The notes under the pieces were generated by a model. That model did no database searches. It was not told the origin of the DNA and saw only the letters and a program-made list of their open reading frames with translations. Positions 59,837 to 64,000 of a stretch of 64,000 bases of DNA are shown one piece after another. The stretch comes from Shigella phage SH-1: sequence record PQ642266; one strand, 5' to 3'. Each line of letters starts with the position of its first letter. Position 1 is the first letter of the stretch. The translations under genes and the position numbers were made by a program.

Positions 59837-60122
59837 CACGAGAAATAATTCCTTGATAAGCCCAGTATGGCGGGTTAACAGAATCATCGCCAGAATTTTC
59901 TTCAGGAAAATAAACCTGGATAACAAATCCAGATGCATCAAAGGTAAAATACACCGTAGGTAATTCACCTAACAATTCAGCACGGTTATTAATTTCTTCG
60001 AGTTCTCGTTCTCGTCCAGCCCAAAAACTAGGATTTAGACTACATTCATAGAAATAATAGTCATTACCGAACATATCAAAACCCTTCCAACTCTCTACCA
60101 CATACCGCTCAAAACTAATCAT
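59811..60122 (-). CDS. hypothetical protein (103 aa)
   Basis: Track ORF with ATG start. Confidence 0.45.
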   Translation of the reverse strand: MISFERYVVESWKGFDMFGNDYYFYECSLNPSFWAGRERELEEINNRAELLGELPTVYFTFDASGFVIQVYFPEENSGDDSVNPPYWAYQGIISRGTKLELKE

Positions 60123-60124
60123 AA

Positions 60125-60364
60125 TTAAGCCTTTTTATCAAGAACAGCATTCAGCTTGTTAGTAATTTTATCCAGACGCTCATTGAACTCACTAGAAGAT
60201 AGTCCTTTTTCTGGAGAAATCAAACTAATCACGAAAAATATAGCAATAAAAGGAATAAGGAAAATAGCTCCAACTGCCATAAACAAAAAGAATGTTACGG
60301 TTGTAAGAAAATCAGCTAAACCTTTACGAAATTTATACATATTTACCCTTAATTGATTAACCAA
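60125..60364 (-). CDS. small membrane protein (79 aa)
   Basis: Hydrophobic core TTVTFFLFMAVGAIFLIPFIAIFFVISLI. Confidence 0.45.
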   Translation of the reverse strand: MVNQLRVNMYKFRKGLADFLTTVTFFLFMAVGAIFLIPFIAIFFVISLISPEKGLSSSEFNERLDKITNKLNAVLDKKA

Positions 60365-60454
60365 GCATTGATAAGCACTAAACTGTATTGCGAATAAAAT
60401 TCTGGACCAAAATGAAAAATCATATCATTTATAGTGTCCATAATATAATTCAAT

Positions 60455-60925
60455 TTAATCATGTTTCCACACCCCATCGGTATTTGACCAAAGTCGCTGA
60501 TTATCTGAACCTCGCCACAGCTTTTTGGTCGGAAGATTTTTCTCATACTTCCCATCAATAATAACATCAACATATTTAAGCATTTCTAGTTGTTTAATAT
60601 CTTCAAACTTATATCCTGTCCACAACCAAATGCTTTTATTGGGATAAAGATTTTTTACCGTTTGAACAATGCAATGAACAGCATCTCGGTTATCAGGATA
60701 AAGAGGGTCTCCTCCAGTTATAGTTAATCCTTCTATATAATCATTATTCAAACATTTAATTAATTGTTCTAGTGTTTCACCAGTGAATGGAACGCCATTT
60801 CTAGCATTCCATGTTGATTTATTATAACACCCTTCACATTTATGCAAACAACCTGTAACGAAAAGAACGACCCTGCATCCAGGGCCATTCACAAAATCAC
60901 AGGGATAAAATCTATCGTAATTCAT
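60455..60925 (-). CDS. nrdG: anaerobic ribonucleotide reductase activating protein NrdG (radical SAM)
   Basis: 156 aa; cysteine cluster CLHKCEGCYN. Confidence 0.9.
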   Translation of the reverse strand: MNYDRFYPCDFVNGPGCRVVLFVTGCLHKCEGCYNKSTWNARNGVPFTGETLEQLIKCLNNDYIEGLTITGGDPLYPDNRDAVHCIVQTVKNLYPNKSIWLWTGYKFEDIKQLEMLKYVDVIIDGKYEKNLPTKKLWRGSDNQRLWSNTDGVWKHD

Positions 60926-62739
60926 TGGTGTTTAACCCTATGCATGATTTCTTTATTTTTGCCAAGATTAAATCCGCGTTCATTCGGATTTCCCAAATAA
61001 CCACAAGTTCTTCTTATTGTGTTCATCTTTTTAGGATCAGTTTCTCCACAAATAGAACAAACAAACCCGTTTTCAGTAGGAGTCATTTCATGGGTACTTC
61101 CACACGTAAAACATTTATCTACTGGCATATTAACACCAAAATAATCTAAATGTTGTGCAGCATAATCCCATACAGCCTCAAGACCTTTTAGGTTATTTTT
61201 CATATCAGGAAGTTCAACATAAGAAATGTGACCACCTGTCGCAATGAAATGATATGGGGCTTCTCGAGAAATCTTTTCAAACGGAGTAATATTTTCTTCT
61301 ACTGAAACGTGGAAACTATTAGTGTACCAACCTTTATCAGTAACATCCTTTACACTTCCATATTTCTCAGTATCAAGTTTACAGAAGCGATAGCACAGGT
61401 TTTCAGCAGGAGTAGAATACAAGCTAAAAGCAAAACCAGTTCTTTCAGTCCACTGCTTAAGACGAGCATTCATTTTAGTTAAAATTTCCTGTCCAATATC
61501 ACGACCGACAAGAATATTCAATTCGTGAATACCAATGTATCCTAAGGACACTGAACTTCTACCGTTTTTAAATAACTCAATTATATCGTCATCAGGTTTA
61601 AGACGAACCCCGAATGCACCTTCTTGGTAAAGAATAGGAGCAACAGTAGCTTTAACTCCTTTTAAGGAACTAATTCTACACATCAAAGCTTCAAAACACA
61701 AATCCATTCGTTCATTGAACAATTCGGCAAATTTCTGTTCATTGAATTGTGTTCCAATATAAGAATCTAACGCAATGCGAGGAAGATTCAGTGTTACAAC
61801 GCCAAGATTATTACGTCCATCAAGAATTTCATTACCAGTCGAATCTTTCCATACGCTCAAGAAACTACGGCAACCCATTGGAGAAACAGGAATAGATGAA
61901 CCGGTGATAGCTTTATTGTTCTTAGCTGAAATAATATCAGGATACATTCTTTTGCTTGCACACTCTAGAGCAAGCTGCTTAATATCATAGTTCGGATCGT
62001 CTTTATAAAGATTAACACCTTCTTCAACAAACATAACAAGTTTAGGGAAAATAGGAGTTATCCCATCACGACCAAGACCTTTAATACGATTTTTCAGAAT
62101 TGCTTTTTGAATCATTCGTTCAGGCCAGTCAGTTCCCGTACCAAATGTAATTGTTACAAAAGGCGTTTGTCCGTTTGAACTAAAGAGAGTATTTACTTCA
62201 TATTCATAAGCTTGGAATGCATCGTATACGTCTTTTTCTGTTTTAGATTGGGCATAATTCAACGCATCAGCGATTTGCCATTTTTCTGCATCCTCAATAT
62301 GTTTTGCATAGGTGCGTTTAACATAAGGAGAAAGGACTTTATCTACATTCGCAAAAGTCGTTCCACCATATTGATGGGAAGCAACCTGTGCAGTAATTTG
62401 TGCCATAATTGCAGTAGCAACACCGATTGATTTAGGAGTTTCAATCTGTGCATTACCGAGCTTAAATCCGTTCTCAAGCATTCCTTTTAAATCTACTAAA
62501 CAGCAATTAGTAAATGGAAGAGCAGGGGAATAATCAATATCATGGAAATGAATAATTCCGCTTTCATGCGCTTTCATAATAAAAGACGGGACCATATTTT
62601 TGGCAATGTGTTTAGACACAATACCAGCCATAAGGTCCCGTTGAGTTGGAAAAACACGAGAATCTTTATTAGCATTCTCGTTTAAAAGGTCTTTATTAGT
62701 TTTATGAATCAATCCTTCAATTTCTTTTTCAATTGTCAT
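60922..62739 (-). CDS. nrdD: anaerobic ribonucleoside-triphosphate reductase NrdD (no intron)
   Basis: 605 aa continuous ORF; C-terminal zinc ribbon CFTCGS...CSICG and glycyl-radical motif RTCGYLG. Confidence 0.9.
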   Translation of the reverse strand: MTIEKEIEGLIHKTNKDLLNENANKDSRVFPTQRDLMAGIVSKHIAKNMVPSFIMKAHESGIIHFHDIDYSPALPFTNCCLVDLKGMLENGFKLGNAQIETPKSIGVATAIMAQITAQVASHQYGGTTFANVDKVLSPYVKRTYAKHIEDAEKWQIADALNYAQSKTEKDVYDAFQAYEYEVNTLFSSNGQTPFVTITFGTGTDWPERMIQKAILKNRIKGLGRDGITPIFPKLVMFVEEGVNLYKDDPNYDIKQLALECASKRMYPDIISAKNNKAITGSSIPVSPMGCRSFLSVWKDSTGNEILDGRNNLGVVTLNLPRIALDSYIGTQFNEQKFAELFNERMDLCFEALMCRISSLKGVKATVAPILYQEGAFGVRLKPDDDIIELFKNGRSSVSLGYIGIHELNILVGRDIGQEILTKMNARLKQWTERTGFAFSLYSTPAENLCYRFCKLDTEKYGSVKDVTDKGWYTNSFHVSVEENITPFEKISREAPYHFIATGGHISYVELPDMKNNLKGLEAVWDYAAQHLDYFGVNMPVDKCFTCGSTHEMTPTENGFVCSICGETDPKKMNTIRRTCGYLGNPNERGFNLGKNKEIMHRVKHQ

Positions 62740-63209
62740 TTTAAACTCTTTCTAAGCTGCTTCTTAAATGAAGCTATTAATTGTGTTTTAGTGTCAGATT
62801 CATTATATTCAAATCCTCTTTGAAGCATCTCAGCCATCATTTCCTCTTTTCCTAAACGAGAAAATTCCTTTGATTTATCTCCAACGAAGTTAGGGTGAAT
62901 ATTATTTTGGGTGTAATCGGATTTTAAATAAGTAAGTAAATTTTCTAACCATTCAAGATAATCAACACCTTGTCCCTTTAAGCCAGAACGATTGAATTTA
63001 TGCTTCATTTGACCTTCTGCAGCATTACAGAGATTACATAGCAACCCACGTACCTTTCCTGCTTTTGGTCCATTTAATTCATGGTCATGGTCAAGGTGAT
63101 TAGCTTGAACATCAGGATTTAGTTCTCGTTGGCAAATTAAGCATTTACCGTTTTGTGCATCATAAAATTTTTGTTTTTCTTCTTTGTATAATTTGCCAGT
63201 CAATAACAT
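62736..63209 (-). CDS. 49: endonuclease VII (Holliday junction resolvase) gp49
   Basis: 157 aa; zinc-binding CLICQ...HLDHDHELNG...CNLCN; size and position of T4 gp49. Confidence 0.85.
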   Translation of the reverse strand: MLLTGKLYKEEKQKFYDAQNGKCLICQRELNPDVQANHLDHDHELNGPKAGKVRGLLCNLCNAAEGQMKHKFNRSGLKGQGVDYLEWLENLLTYLKSDYTQNNIHPNFVGDKSKEFSRLGKEEMMAEMLQRGFEYNESDTKTQLIASFKKQLRKSLK

Positions 63210-63258
63210 AATAAAACCCTTACCTTGAATAGATAAGGGTATTTATTATTTTCAAGTA

Positions 63259-63723
63259 TTAAAACGCTCGGTCAGAAAAAGAAATTTGAGTTTCAAGCCA
63301 TTCAATATATTCTGCCGCAGCTTGCATCAAATTTCCTTCGTAATCATCAATTTCTTTTTTCAACGCCGATTTAGATAATGCATATGAAATGCGTTCACCT
63401 TGAAAAGCGGCTTTAGGTTTATGAATAGCTTGATCAACTCGTTCTACAACTTCTTCAATTTCGCCATTTTCTACTGATTCAGTATTCCATAAGCACCAAT
63501 ACGTAATTGGCTTATCGTAGATGTTAATAATCTTTCCATCAGAAAGTTCAATTTCAATAATTCCAGTATCAGGTTCTATATCATCTTCGCATTCTTTTGC
63601 GAGTTCACGAACTTTAAAGACAGTACCTGCACTAAGTTCCGGCCAATAATTACACAGCCCTGTATCAGCACGATTAATTCTAAACCACTTATCTACTGTA
63701 ATCATGTCCCATCTCCATATCAA
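63259..63723 (-). CDS. hypothetical protein (about 148-154 aa)
   Basis: Track ORF starts at TTG; first ATG at MITVDKW; position adjacent to gene 49 as T4 pin, identity not verified. Confidence 0.45.
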   Translation of the reverse strand: MIWRWDMITVDKWFRINRADTGLCNYWPELSAGTVFKVRELAKECEDDIEPDTGIIEIELSDGKIINIYDKPITYWCLWNTESVENGEIEEVVERVDQAIHKPKAAFQGERISYALSKSALKKEIDDYEGNLMQAAAEYIEWLETQISFSDRAF

Positions 63724-64000
63724 TTAAGTCATTTATCGTTGGTTCATTATATACTGTTTCTTCATCAGTGTAAACCGGTTCTTCCGGCTCTGGCTCTACA
63801 GTTTCCCATCTAGCCGCCCACCAAGGTTTTATAGCGTAATCCATTCTCGTATTGTCTGAGTTACTACACGTTCACGGGGCTCGACTAGTTCAACAGTTGG
63901 AACTGCATAATACCAGTCAGAATGGTAAGAACCTGAGCGAGATTCATTTACGGAAACATGTACATTATGTTTTGGACTAAAATAAACACACTGTCGATAT

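Overview
This 64 kb window is a contiguous segment of a T-even (T4-like) myovirus genome; most proteins are near-identical to phage T4 by my recall of its sequences. Plus strand, late genes: long tail fibre genes 34-35-36-37, adhesin gene 38 and holin t, with TATAAATA late promoters. Minus strand, early/middle genes: rnh at the left edge, then asiA, arn, motA, 52, ac, stp, ndd, denB, rIIB, rIIA, 39, dexA, dda, srd-like, modA, modB, soc, 56, 61, sp, dmd, 41, 40, uvsX, a glycosyltransferase, 42, imm, 43, regA, 62, 44, 45, rpbA, 46, 47, a GIY-YIG endonuclease, alpha-gt, 55, nrdH, nrdG, nrdD and 49. Minus-strand genes are driven by sigma70-type early promoters (GTTTAC -35, extended -10) and a few MotA-box middle promoters, and many 3' ends carry GC hairpins. 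Differences from T4 are: a T2-type distal fibre/adhesin module, an uninterrupted gene 39, an intron-free nrdD, a GT-A glycosyltransferase where T4 has beta-gt, and a GIY-YIG gene abutting gene 47. I found no evidence of a novel multi-gene system; the novelty candidates are the small uncharacterised ORFs in the hyperplastic blocks and the promoter-embedded inverted repeats. No tRNA, rRNA or CRISPR was found. All identifications rest on recalled sequence and motif reading, not a database search; hand-derived coordinates of small features may be off by 1-2 nt. Some track ORFs begin with TTG/GTG, so several starts were re-set to the first ATG with a Shine-Dalgarno.
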